Shown: piece after piece, positions 63,633 through 64,000 of the stretch | Position numbering within the stretch: the first letter of the stretch is position 1 | How the letters are laid out: every line of letters starts with the position of its first letter | DNA from: Anaeramoeba ignava BMAN | Lineage: Eukaryota > Protista > Anaeramoebae | Direction of reading: 5' to 3' | Length of the DNA: 64,000 bases | Assembly (NCBI GenBank): GCA_028826165.1 | Contig: JAPDFW010000081.1 | Coordinates: 372,001 to 436,000, forward strand | Program-made: the position numbers and the translations under genes | The notes under the pieces: generated by a model | What the model saw: only the letters and a program-made list of their open reading frames with translations | Database searches by the model: none | Told to the model about the DNA's origin: nothing

Positions 63633-64000
63633 GTTTGTTATCTTATTTTGTTTTTCTTTTAAAAATTATTCCAACTTTATTATTAAAAAACAAAAAAAAA
63701 ATTCCAAATTTAATTTTCAAACCAAATACAATTTTAAATTCAATTTAATATTACTATTAAAATTAAAATCAATATTTAAATTAAAATTAGAATTCATTTA
63801 TAAATTTAAAATCAATATTAAAATTAAAATTCATTTATAAATTAATATTACTATTAAAATTAAAATTAAAATTAAAATTAAAATTAAAATTAATATTAAA
63901 ATCAAAATTAAAATTAAAATTAAAATTAAAATTCATTTATAAAATTAATATTAAAATTAAAATTAAAATTAAATTTAAAATTAAAATTTAAATTAAAATT

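Noticed and set aside
1-64000. Inteins, transposons, tRNA/rRNA genes, alternative genetic code
   Set aside because: No Hint/HN-C motifs, transposase or RT ORFs, or structured RNA genes were recognised by eye. TAA, TAG and TGA all serve as stops.

Overview
This is a very AT-rich, gene-dense eukaryotic (protist) region using the standard genetic code, with about 23 protein-coding genes. Most genes are interrupted by spliceosomal introns, and many introns are swollen by intron-specific tandem repeats. The style resembles an Anaeramoeba-like metamonad (TCATTT initiator-like motif, expanded double-BTB family, Mdm12), but that is inference only. Genes in order: RhoGAP (3' end), TAF6, CANT1-type apyrase, Rac plus a scrambled copy, a large type-I membrane protein split by two frameshifts, ankyrin-BTB, WD40-BTB, Yip1, G-alpha, DH-PH-FYVE, a 68-aa microprotein, a Pmp-repeat multi-TM protein, a CUL4-like cullin, an Rnl2-family RNA ligase, an unknown gene, a BRSK/AMPK-like kinase, two RCC1-BTB paralogues, PDCD5, Vps39, Mdm12, VIT-vWA with an internal ubiquitin-like domain, and a thioredoxin (5' part). 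Top observations: (1) a U12-type AT-AC intron in the apyrase; (2) a modular family in which one double-BTB cassette carries ANK, WD40 or RCC1 heads, with hypervariable RCC1 loops; (3) an intron-containing T4 Rnl2-like ligase; (4) a WD40 gene with one blade per exon and duplicated decoy acceptors; (5) minimal bidirectional Inr-like promoters. Exon structures were derived by hand and family calls come from recalled motifs; no database search was run.
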